Source: Acidimicrobiia bacterium (lineage in GTDB: Bacteria; Actinomycetota; Acidimicrobiia; Spongiisociales; UBA5794). Taken from it: a stretch of 64,000 nucleotides of DNA. The stretch covers positions 32,389 through 96,388 of the forward strand of contig JBFGCM010000001.1 in NCBI GenBank assembly GCA_041581135.1. The letters are read 5' to 3'. Made by a program: the position numbers and the translations under genes. Below are positions 8,728 through 17,089 of the stretch, one piece after another (the stretch's first letter is position 1; each line of letters begins with the position of its first letter). The notes beneath the pieces were generated by a model that had not been told where the DNA came from, searched no databases, and saw only the letters and a list, made by a program, of their open reading frames with translations.

Positions 8728-9648
8728 CTATGTGCCCCGCAGCGCCTCGATGAGCTCCTTCTCCACCATGTCGGCGTCCTCGTGGTCCACCTGGCAGGTG
8801 CCGGCGTTCTCGTGGCCACCGCCCTCGTAGGACAGCATCAGGGCGCCGAGGTTCGCCTGGCAGGTGCGGTTGACGATCGACTTGCCGACGGCGAACACCG
8901 TGTTCTGCTTGCCCTTGCCCCAGATGGCGTGAATCGAGACATTGATGTCGGGGAACAGCGCATACACCATGAACCGGTTGCCGGCGTGGATGATCTCGTC
9001 GTGGCGCAGATCGACCACGGCCACATTTTCGGTGACCGTGGTGATGCGCTCCAGTTGTGCCTTGAACAGCGGCTCCTGCTCGAAGTAGAGGTCGACTCGG
9101 TCCCGCACGTCCGGAAGATCGAGGATCTCGTCGATGCTGTGGTCACCGCAGTAGTCGATGAGCTCCATCATCAGCTGGTAGTTCGAGATCCGGAACGTGC
9201 GGAACCTGCCGAGCCCCGTTCGGGGATCCATGAGGAAGTTCAGGAGTGTCCAGCCCTTGGGCTCGAGGATGTCCGACAGGTTGTACTGCGCCGAATCGGC
9301 CTGATCCACTGCAGCCATCATCTCCAATGAGATGTCGGGGAACCGCTCTGCTCCGCCGTAGTACTCGTACACGACTCGCGCCGCGGAGGGTGCGTTCGGG
9401 TCGATGATCTGGTTCTCGGCGATCTCGTTGCGGATGGTCTCCGAGTAGTGATGATCGAATGCCATGTACACGCCCGGGACGTACGGCAGGTTCGTGGTGA
9501 TGTCCCGGTCGGTGATCTCGACCTTGCCGTCCTGCATGTCCTTGGGATGGACGAACAAGATGTCGTTGATCATGTCGAGCTTCTTGAAGAGGACGGCACA
9601 CACGAGGCCGTCGAAGTCGCTCCGCGTGACGAGGCGATAGTGTGGCAT
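8728..9648 (-). CDS. DHH-family phosphoesterase (NrnA/exopolyphosphatase-like)
   Basis: Trimmed to MPHYRLVTRSDFDGLVCAVL. DHH-family motifs are DFDG, AFDHHYS and the C-terminal GGGHENAG (DHHA1-like). Confidence 0.7.
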   Translation of the reverse strand: MPHYRLVTRSDFDGLVCAVLFKKLDMINDILFVHPKDMQDGKVEITDRDITTNLPYVPGVYMAFDHHYSETIRNEIAENQIIDPNAPSAARVVYEYYGGAERFPDISLEMMAAVDQADSAQYNLSDILEPKGWTLLNFLMDPRTGLGRFRTFRISNYQLMMELIDYCGDHSIDEILDLPDVRDRVDLYFEQEPLFKAQLERITTVTENVAVVDLRHDEIIHAGNRFMVYALFPDINVSIHAIWGKGKQNTVFAVGKSIVNRTCQANLGALMLSYEGGGHENAGTCQVDHEDADMVEKELIEALRGT

Positions 9649-9708
9649 GCGGCTACTCCGTTCCGGTCTGAGAGTCCTTTCTTCGGCCGGAACCACCACG
9701 GGCTTGAA

Positions 9709-10191
9709 TCAGACGACGCGTCCCATGCGCAGTGGCGGCCAGTACCGGAAGGGGACCCGCCAGCGAACCCGCTCCGCGGACAGTGGGCCCAGCCGTCGGC
9801 TGTCATCGCTGGACAGCGGACGACGGTCACCCAGGACGAAGTACTCGTCGTCACCGAGGCGCCAAGCGCCGTCGGGATGGGTGGGGCCATCGGCCCACGG
9901 TTCGGGAAGGGCGCGCTCATCGACGTGCACTTGACCGCCCGTGATGACGAGGTGATCGCCCGGGAGCCCGACGACTCGTTTCACGAGCTCGAAGCCATCC
10001 CGGGTCGGGTGCGGGAAGATGACCACGTGACCGCGCCGAGGGCGGCGGGATCGCACTGCCAGCACGAAGTCGCCGGCGCGCAGGGTGGGCTCCATGGAGC
10101 CTTCTGCGATCGCATAGCGCCGCAGGGAACGGGTGAACGCAGCCCCGCCCACCAGTGCCGCTACACCCAGGAGTGTGGTGCCTCTCCGCAT
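9709..10191 (-). CDS. sodX: S26 signal-peptidase-like protease, NiSOD maturation peptidase
   Basis: Ser box is EGSMEPTL and Lys box is VKRVVGLPGD. The gene is divergently adjacent to sodN, which is the canonical sodX arrangement. Confidence 0.8.
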   Translation of the reverse strand: MRRGTTLLGVAALVGGAAFTRSLRRYAIAEGSMEPTLRAGDFVLAVRSRRPRRGHVVIFPHPTRDGFELVKRVVGLPGDHLVITGGQVHVDERALPEPWADGPTHPDGAWRLGDDEYFVLGDRRPLSSDDSRRLGPLSAERVRWRVPFRYWPPLRMGRVV

Positions 10192-10289
10192 TCGATGGAG
10201 TTCCCGTCGTCGACCGCGGCGAGTCTACGTTTGAGCGGACCCGCGCCGGGTAGTGTTTCCGGGTATCGACGACATCGGGAGGTATCCCC

Positions 10290-10718
10290 ATGCGGGTGCT
10301 CAGCGCCCTTCTCCGGCCGCGGCGGATCGCTCATGCCCATTGCGACCTGTTCTGTGGCGTCTATGACCCGGCCCAGGCGATGATCGAGGCCAAGTCCGTC
10401 CTCAACTGCTGCACCAAGTACGAGGCGTCCGACGACCCGGTGTTCCGGGATCGGTGCGTCGCCATCAAGGAAGAACGTGCCGAGCTCGTGAAGCATCACT
10501 TGTCCGTGTTGTGGACCGACTTCTTCAAGCCACACCACACCGAACCCTTCCCCAATCTGCACGACCTGTTCTGGCGTGCCATCAAGCAGGCCTCCGACGC
10601 CAAGAAGTCCATGGATCCTGCGGTGTCCCAGAAGCTCATCGACCTCGTCCAGGAGGTGTCGGATGTGTTCTGGCAGACCGACGAGTCCAAGAGCGCCGGC
10701 GTGTATCCGCCGGGCTGA
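10290..10718 (+). CDS. sodN: Nickel superoxide dismutase precursor
   Basis: The leader MRVLSALLRPRRIAHA is followed by the Ni-hook HCDLFCGVYDPAQA. ...RAELVKHHLSVLWTDFFKP matches the NiSOD four-helix core. GGGAGG precedes the ATG. Confidence 0.9.
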   Translation: MRVLSALLRPRRIAHAHCDLFCGVYDPAQAMIEAKSVLNCCTKYEASDDPVFRDRCVAIKEERAELVKHHLSVLWTDFFKPHHTEPFPNLHDLFWRAIKQASDAKKSMDPAVSQKLIDLVQEVSDVFWQTDESKSAGVYPPG

Positions 10719-10764
10719 CCGGCGGTCAGCGTTCGCGGAGGGGCCTGCGGGCCCCTCCGGAGCG

Positions 10765-12345
10765 TCAGGAGTCGTCCGCCGCCTGCGTGGAGGACGCGAC
10801 CCGGACGGTGAGGGAATGCAGGCCGGCACCGCCGGCGAAGACGACGACCCCGAACGCAGCGGTGCCGGCGACGATCGCAGCGACGCTGCCGACGAACGAG
10901 TCCGCCGCCACGACAGACCCCGTGATGCCGCCGGCCAGCCACGCCGCCACGCCGGCCACCGCCGCCAGGGGCAGGGCACGGGCCGTGGTGTTCACCACCG
11001 GCCACAGGAACTCCGTACCGGTCCGGCGGTACCAGATCACGGCAAGTGTTGCCGTGTAGGCGAGCAGGGCCAGCGTGCTGGCGAAGGCGACGCCCCGGAT
11101 GCCGAACCCCGCTTGGAGCGCCCAGTACAACGGAAAGGCCAGCACGGTGACCGCCGTTCCGGCTACCACCGGCACCCACATCTCGCGGCGGGCGTAGAAG
11201 CCCCTCGTGATGAGCTGGAGCGCCCCCCAGACGGGTACCGCCAGCGCGTAGAAGAAGAGGGCTGCCGCGGCGGCCTCTGAGTGCTCCGGCAGGAAGTTGC
11301 CGCGCTCGAACAAGGCCCGGATGGATGGCAGCGTGAGGGCGGCGAGGAGCGCTGAAGCGGCGATGCTCAGAGCGATCACGTAGCGGAGCGCCCGCGCCAC
11401 GGTGGCCGCCATCTCCCGGTGCTTGTCCTCGGCGAACAGCCTCGCCAGGAACGGGTAGGCGGCGACCCCGGCCGCCTGCGCGATGACGCCCACCGGAACG
11501 AGCATGGTGCGCCGCGCAACCTGGAGCTGGACGACGGCGCCATCGGACACCAGGTTGCCGAAGGACTTCATGAACTGCTCGTCGAGCACCACGATCGACT
11601 GGCCCACCATCAGTGGTATCGCCAGCAACAGGTACTCGGAGATCACCGGGTGAGCCCAGGGCAACGACCACCGCACTCGCAGGCCGACGCGATGCGCCCC
11701 CCACACCTGGACCAGGAAGTTGCCGACGACGGCGCCACCCAGAACACCCCAGGCGAACCCCTCCGGTGTCGGCGCCTCTCTTCCCAGGTTGAACGCGATG
11801 CCGCCGGCGATGATGCCGACGTTGTAGATGATCGGCGCCAGCGTCGGCACCACGAACTGGCCCTTGGCGTACTGGACGGCCATGAGCAGCGAGCCGAGGA
11901 TGAAGAAGAACTGGGCCGGCAGCACGATCCTGGTCAGTCGCGCTGCCTCGGCGAGCTGATCACCTTCGAAGCGTGGGTACACCAGGTCGAGCACCGGCTC
12001 TGCCACCGCCATGGCGAGCGCAACGAGGACCACCATGGCGAGCCCGACGGGACGGGCGATGGCGGTGAATGCGTCCCATCCGCCTTCCTCGTCGTCTGCG
12101 GCCAGGTAGCGGCTGAGGATGGGGATGAAGGTGATGGCCATGAACCCGCCGGCGAGGAGGTAGTTGATCCAGTCGGCGATGGTGAACGCCGCCTGGTACA
12201 CGTCGCCGGTGGCGGTACCACCGAGGATGGCGGCAGCCACCTGTTCGCGGATGAGACCGATGATCCGTGACAGCAGGACGCCGCCGGCCACGACGGCGGC
12301 GGCCGTTCCCATGCGGCGGCGGTGGAGTCCGGGGGCGGCGGTCAC
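10765..12345 (-). CDS. murJ: Lipid II flippase MurJ (MviN family)
   Basis: Polytopic membrane protein with the MurJ N-terminal pattern LLSRIIGLIREQVAAAILG...DVYQAAFTI. The true start may be the Met at 12312. Confidence 0.85.
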   Translation of the reverse strand: MTAAPGLHRRRMGTAAAVVAGGVLLSRIIGLIREQVAAAILGGTATGDVYQAAFTIADWINYLLAGGFMAITFIPILSRYLAADDEEGGWDAFTAIARPVGLAMVVLVALAMAVAEPVLDLVYPRFEGDQLAEAARLTRIVLPAQFFFILGSLLMAVQYAKGQFVVPTLAPIIYNVGIIAGGIAFNLGREAPTPEGFAWGVLGGAVVGNFLVQVWGAHRVGLRVRWSLPWAHPVISEYLLLAIPLMVGQSIVVLDEQFMKSFGNLVSDGAVVQLQVARRTMLVPVGVIAQAAGVAAYPFLARLFAEDKHREMAATVARALRYVIALSIAASALLAALTLPSIRALFERGNFLPEHSEAAAAALFFYALAVPVWGALQLITRGFYARREMWVPVVAGTAVTVLAFPLYWALQAGFGIRGVAFASTLALLAYTATLAVIWYRRTGTEFLWPVVNTTARALPLAAVAGVAAWLAGGITGSVVAADSFVGSVAAIVAGTAAFGVVVFAGGAGLHSLTVRVASSTQAADDS

Positions 12346-12395
12346 CGAGGCAACTTACCGCTGGTGCGGCTCAGCCCTTGGCCAATGCAGGCGGC

Positions 12396-13142
12396 TCATG
12401 TGATGTCGCGATACCGCAGGAGGGCGGTCGTCACGCCCAAGCTCAGCAGCGCCAGGATCCCCATCTTGGCGACCGCGCCTCCCACCCCGGGCGCCATGTC
12501 CCCGATCAGCGTGACGACCTCGCCGACGTCGACCGGCGCCATGTCGAAGAACGCGGTGAGCGTGATCTTCCAGATCGAAGAAGGGGCCAGCCCGGTGAGA
12601 CCCGAAGTGATCGACAACTCCCAGAGGAACACGTAGATCAACCCGATGAGAGTCGCGCGTTTCGCCACGAACCCGAACGGCACGAAGATCGCGACGTACC
12701 CCAGGGCACCGATGGCAGACGCCACCAGCAACGGAATGATCAGGCCCCACTCGTTGGCGACGAGGCCGGTGGCGACCCCCATCAGCAGTGCCCCGAAACC
12801 GAGCAGCTCGAACACCACGAACCATGCGGCCACGAGCTTGGCGCCGGCGATGGCGACGCGCTGGATCGGCCGCACAGCCAGGAAGGACAGCGTGTCCTGG
12901 TCCTTCTCGTCTCCCAGCGCCGATGTGGAGAGGATCAGGGCGATCACCGGCATCGAGATGCCGAGCAACAACGTGGTGGCGAGATTCGCTGCCTGCTCGG
13001 CGGCACGGGCATCGGTCTGGGAGCCCGTGGCCAAAAAGAGGATGAGCGCCGGCACGATGGCGACGAGGCCCAGACCGATGATGCGCCGGCCGGGGAGCAG
13101 GCCCCGGACCGTTACTCGGCCGATCGCCAGCACCGCGGTCAT
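12396..13142 (-). CDS. ABC-2 type transporter permease
   Basis: This is the C-terminal 248 aa of the 542-aa track ORF (MTAVLAIGRVTVRG...). It is multi-TM. Its ATG overlaps the stop of the upstream ATPase (ATGA at 13139-13142). Confidence 0.75.
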   Translation of the reverse strand: MTAVLAIGRVTVRGLLPGRRIIGLGLVAIVPALILFLATGSQTDARAAEQAANLATTLLLGISMPVIALILSTSALGDEKDQDTLSFLAVRPIQRVAIAGAKLVAAWFVVFELLGFGALLMGVATGLVANEWGLIIPLLVASAIGALGYVAIFVPFGFVAKRATLIGLIYVFLWELSITSGLTGLAPSSIWKITLTAFFDMAPVDVGEVVTLIGDMAPGVGGAVAKMGILALLSLGVTTALLRYRDIT

Positions 13143-14080
13143 CGCCGGTGCACCAGGTAGCGGAAGACACTCTCGAGCGATTCGTCTTCGGGCTCGAAGC
13201 CGATGAACCCGACGTCGATGCCCTTGGCGACGCGGGGCAACGCATGACCCAACGTGGAGAGATCTCGAGTCTCCACGTGGAGCACGGTGTCGTTCTCCAC
13301 GCTGACGCTGTGCACGGCCGCCTCGTTGAGCAACGCGCCGCCCAGGCGGCGGGCGTTGTCGGCCCGCACCTTCACGCGAAACGGGATGTCGGACATGGCG
13401 TTGCGGATGGCGCCGATGTCGCCGGCGGCGGCCAGCTTGCCGTCGACCACGGCGATCACCCGGTCGGCCACCCGTTCCACTTCCGCCAGCACGTGGGATG
13501 AGATCACGATGGTGCGGCCCGCCGCACCGTAGGAGCGGAAGAGCTCGATGAGGTGGGCGCGCTGCACCGGGTCGGTGCCGTTGAGCGGCTCGTCCAAGAT
13601 GAGGATCTCGGGATCGCCGACGAGCGCTGCCGCCACCTTGGCCCGTTGCCGCATGCCCTTGGAGTATCCCGCGATGGGGCGGTGGGCCGACTCGACGAGG
13701 TTGACGGCTTCCATCGCCCGTGCTGCGGCCCGCTTGGGCCGGGCGACACCCGCAAGCTGCGCCGAATACGCGGCCAGCTGGGCACCGGTGAGGAACGGGT
13801 ACACGGCGTCCTCCTCGGGGACCAGAGCGACGCGCCGGTACACCGACGGCGACCGGCGCGGATCCACCCCGAACAGCGTGATCGCCCCTTCCGAAGGGCG
13901 GAGCAGCCCGGTGAGCACCCGGAGCAACGTCGTCTTTCCGGCCCCGTTGGGACCGAGTAACCCGGTCACACCCGGTCCAAACGAGCAGGAGATGTCTGAC
14001 ACCGCCACCTTCTGGCCGAACCACTTGCTCAGCGACGTCACCTCGATCGTGGCGTCTGCGGCGAACTCAGGTGTGGTCAC
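13139..14080 (-). CDS. ABC transporter ATP-binding protein
   Basis: Walker A is GPNGAGKTT, the signature is YSKGMRQR and Walker B is ILILDEP. Confidence 0.9.
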   Translation of the reverse strand: MTTPEFAADATIEVTSLSKWFGQKVAVSDISCSFGPGVTGLLGPNGAGKTTLLRVLTGLLRPSEGAITLFGVDPRRSPSVYRRVALVPEEDAVYPFLTGAQLAAYSAQLAGVARPKRAAARAMEAVNLVESAHRPIAGYSKGMRQRAKVAAALVGDPEILILDEPLNGTDPVQRAHLIELFRSYGAAGRTIVISSHVLAEVERVADRVIAVVDGKLAAAGDIGAIRNAMSDIPFRVKVRADNARRLGGALLNEAAVHSVSVENDTVLHVETRDLSTLGHALPRVAKGIDVGFIGFEPEDESLESVFRYLVHRR

Positions 14081-14967
14081 ACCAGCCTCCGGTATCGGCG
14101 GTACACGACGAACGCCCCGACGACGACGAGCACGATGATGGCGAGCAACGACGCCACCTGGGGAAGGTCGGCCTCGCTGAGAGGGTTCTCGGTGAAGGTG
14201 TCGAACACCCAGTCCCTGATCACGCCGGGATGGTTGGCGATCGCCAGCAGGGCGGACCAGCGGGATCCGGCGAATGCGGCGGTCTCCACCAAGATAAGGG
14301 CCATGATGTTGGAGCCGATCATGACCCCGATGAAGATCGCAGCCGCAGCGGACACGCGGTTGGCGAATGCGGCCACCACGAACGCGACTGTCGCGTAGGT
14401 GGCGAGGAAGGCCAGCGCGGTCACGAGCACCTTGCCCAGCACATCGACGTCGGCGCCGAGGGCGGGGAAGAACCCGTCGCTCGACACGGCCGCCTTGCCG
14501 ACGTACAGCAACACCTGAGGCAGCAGCATGAAGCCGAGCACGACGATCGAGAGGGCACCGGCGCGGGCGAGGAGGTAGTCCCGCGTGGTCAGCGGCCGGG
14601 AGGCATACATGGCCAGCACGCCTTGGGTTCGGTCCGGCACCAACAGCTCCGGCGCAGCCAACGCGGTGAACAACAGGGCAATGGTGCTGGTGGTGTCGAA
14701 GTACCCGGCGTGATCCAGCGCCTCAGGGGTGTCAACCGCGAAGCCCTCGAGGAAGATCGCGAGGCCTACTGCCACGATGGCCGGGATGATGGCGATGGCC
14801 ACGAGGACCCACGGGATGACCTTCTTGCGGGCCTTGCGGCGGATGCCCAACACACGCCGGACGCCGTCCTTGACCACCGCGGCGATGGCTCCCCGCTGGC
14901 CGAGCCGCTCTCCCTCGTGGGGCTTGTACCCGAGATCGAAGACGACGCCCCGGCCCACATCGCTCAC
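14077..14967 (-). CDS. ABC-2 type transporter permease
   Basis: Multi-TM protein that overlaps both flanking ATPase genes by 4 nt. Confidence 0.75.
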   Translation of the reverse strand: MSDVGRGVVFDLGYKPHEGERLGQRGAIAAVVKDGVRRVLGIRRKARKKVIPWVLVAIAIIPAIVAVGLAIFLEGFAVDTPEALDHAGYFDTTSTIALLFTALAAPELLVPDRTQGVLAMYASRPLTTRDYLLARAGALSIVVLGFMLLPQVLLYVGKAAVSSDGFFPALGADVDVLGKVLVTALAFLATYATVAFVVAAFANRVSAAAAIFIGVMIGSNIMALILVETAAFAGSRWSALLAIANHPGVIRDWVFDTFTENPLSEADLPQVASLLAIIVLVVVGAFVVYRRYRRLV

Positions 14968-16007
14968 GAGTCACCAGCCTTGCGGCGCTTGCGGTTCGGA
15001 GCACGCTCCAGCGGTGCAAGCCCGGGTCCTGGGGGCAGCTCGGGCGCGTCCGATGCGGTCTGCACCTCGGCGGGGGCATCGCGGTCGGGGCGCGGCTCGT
15101 TGCCCAGGAAGATGTCCTCGAGCGTGGTCGATCGATGCTGCATGCGCCGTACCCCCGCTCCCGCCTCAACCAGGGCGTCGCGGACGAGGGTGGCGGCGCC
15201 GTCGTGCTCGATGAACAGCGTGTCGTCATTCAGCTCCACGTGGGCGCCTGCGGCCTGCAGCATGGTGGCGACGGGTTCGGGGTCGCCCATCACCTGGAGC
15301 TCGATGACGCCGGTCTCCACCAACCCACTGAGCGGGCCCGTCCGGAGCACTTTCCCGCCGTCGAGCATCACCACCCAGTCGCAAGTTCGCTCGATGTCGG
15401 TGAGCACATGCGACGACACGATGATGTCGATGCCGAACTCGCGGAGACGACCGATGAGGTCCAACATCTCGGCGCGTCCATCGGGGTCGAGTCCGGCGGT
15501 GGGCTCGTCGAGCAATACCAGGTCGGGGTCGTGCACGATTGCCTGGGCGAGATTGGCCCGCTGCTTCATGCCGGTGGAGAAGTCACCCAGGAAACGAAAC
15601 CGCTCCTCGTGCAGGCCGACCAGGGTCAAGACGTCGCTGGCTCGTTGCCGGGCCGCCTTCGCCGGGATCCCCGCCAGCTCGGCCGCATAGGCGACGAAGT
15701 CTGCGGCGGATTGCTCCAGTGGCAGGCAGCTTCCCTCCGGCATGTATCCCACTCGAGACCGCACCTCCAGCGGGTCGGTGGCGACGTCGGCGTCCATGAC
15801 ACGGACGGAACCCCTGCTGGGGGAGAGGATGCCCAGCAGGATCTTCAGCAGCGTGGTCTTGCCGGCGCCGTTCGCACCGACGAGACCCACGCGGCCGGAA
15901 GGGACCTCGAGGTCGACGCCGCTGAGAGCCACGATGTCGCCGTACGCATGACCCAGGCCCTTGGTTTCCACCACCGGCGCGCCTCGAGGGTCGTGAGCTG
16001 CGGACAT
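14964..16007 (-). CDS. ABC transporter ATP-binding protein with Pro/Arg-rich C-terminal tail
   Basis: Walker A is GANGAGKTT, the signature is FSTGMKQR and Walker B is LVLLDEP. Confidence 0.9.
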   Translation of the reverse strand: MSAAHDPRGAPVVETKGLGHAYGDIVALSGVDLEVPSGRVGLVGANGAGKTTLLKILLGILSPSRGSVRVMDADVATDPLEVRSRVGYMPEGSCLPLEQSAADFVAYAAELAGIPAKAARQRASDVLTLVGLHEERFRFLGDFSTGMKQRANLAQAIVHDPDLVLLDEPTAGLDPDGRAEMLDLIGRLREFGIDIIVSSHVLTDIERTCDWVVMLDGGKVLRTGPLSGLVETGVIELQVMGDPEPVATMLQAAGAHVELNDDTLFIEHDGAATLVRDALVEAGAGVRRMQHRSTTLEDIFLGNEPRPDRDAPAEVQTASDAPELPPGPGLAPLERAPNRKRRKAGDS

Positions 16008-16034
16008 GGCCGGAAACCTAGTGAGGTTTTCCGG

Positions 16035-16277
16035 CTAGGACTGCGAGGCCTCCTCGACCTCGGCGCCGTGGCGCTGGGAGCCGCGAGTGAAGGCGCGCCT
16101 GGCGGCGGCCCGGATGCGACGCAGCCGCCGCTCCGCCCAGGCGAACTCGGTGGCGAGCACGGCGAGCCCGGCGAGGATGACGGCGATCCCTGGTCCCGGC
16201 AAGAAGAGCAGGACGATGCCGACGACGAGAAGGCTCCCGCCGACGAGAGTGACTGCGATCTTTCGAAATGCACGCAT
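16035..16277 (-). CDS. PGPGW-motif small membrane protein
   Basis: This is the C-terminal 80 aa of the 358-aa track ORF: MRAFRKIAVTLVGGSLLVVGIVLLFLPGPGIAVILAGLAVLATEFAWA. The upstream part of the track ORF is Arg/Gly-rich shadow sequence. Confidence 0.65.
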   Translation of the reverse strand: MRAFRKIAVTLVGGSLLVVGIVLLFLPGPGIAVILAGLAVLATEFAWAERRLRRIRAAARRAFTRGSQRHGAEVEEASQS

Positions 16278-16370
16278 GCCGGTGTCCACCGATCCTACGT
16301 GACGCGGGCGGCTATGAATACGGGGGAGTTCGGACTGGTCGTCGGCGCGGTCGGCTTCTAGCTTGCGCCG

Positions 16371-17084
16371 GTGGATGTCGTCATCGCCATCGCCGCTGCG
16401 TCGGTTGCGTCGGCCTTCGCCGTCCAGCTCCTCTGGGACCTGAAGAGCCGGCCCCGCCCTCACGTCGCGGTGTGGGTCGCCGCCGTGTCGGCGTTCGCGG
16501 TAGCCACGTGGGCCCTCGTGATCGGGCTGGCGTCCGGGTGGACGGAGTTCGGCTTCCGGGTGTTCTACTGGTTGGGTGCCATCGTCAACATCCCGTTGTT
16601 CGCAGCTGGTGCCGCCTTCCTCGTGTTGGGCCCGCGGTGGGGGAGACGCGTCACCGTGGGGGTGGTCATCTACGCCGTCGTCGCCGCGATTCCCGCCTTC
16701 TTCGCCCCTGCCGCCGACGTGGCGGGCGTGGGGATTCCGGAGGGCAGCGAGGTCTTCGATTTCACCTGGGAGGTCGACGCGCTGACCATCGCCGGGCCCC
16801 GGGTACTCGCCGCCGTCGCCGGCGCAGTCGGTACGCTCGTCCTCGTCGGTCTGGCGGCGTACAGTGCCATCGTGCTGCGCCGCACTGCTTCCCGCCGCGC
16901 ATGGGCCAACCTGCTGATCATCCTGGGCGTGCTGGCCCCCGCCTTTGGAGGGTCGTTGACCGCCCTCGGCGAGAGCGCCGGCTTCTCGCTCAGTCTGCTG
17001 GTGGGGGTGGGGCTGCTGTGGGCCGGTTACCGCCTCGCTTCCGGCAGCGGAGTTCAAGGTTTCGCCCGCGATGTGCCGACATAG
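16371..17084 (+). CDS. Polytopic membrane protein, unknown function
   Basis: 237 aa with about six hydrophobic segments. Its reading frame conflicts with the N-terminal extension of the 1042-aa ORF and is the more protein-like of the two. Confidence 0.6.
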   Translation: MDVVIAIAAASVASAFAVQLLWDLKSRPRPHVAVWVAAVSAFAVATWALVIGLASGWTEFGFRVFYWLGAIVNIPLFAAGAAFLVLGPRWGRRVTVGVVIYAVVAAIPAFFAPAADVAGVGIPEGSEVFDFTWEVDALTIAGPRVLAAVAGAVGTLVLVGLAAYSAIVLRRTASRRAWANLLIILGVLAPAFGGSLTALGESAGFSLSLLVGVGLLWAGYRLASGSGVQGFARDVPT

Positions 17085-17089
17085 ATCCC

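Noticed and set aside
16268-17089. N-terminal 274 codons of the 1042-aa ORF
   Set aside because: This stretch is Arg/Gly-rich and overlaps a convincing polytopic membrane protein in another frame (16371-17084). A GTG at 17090 gives a proper signal peptide for the FG-GAP protein.
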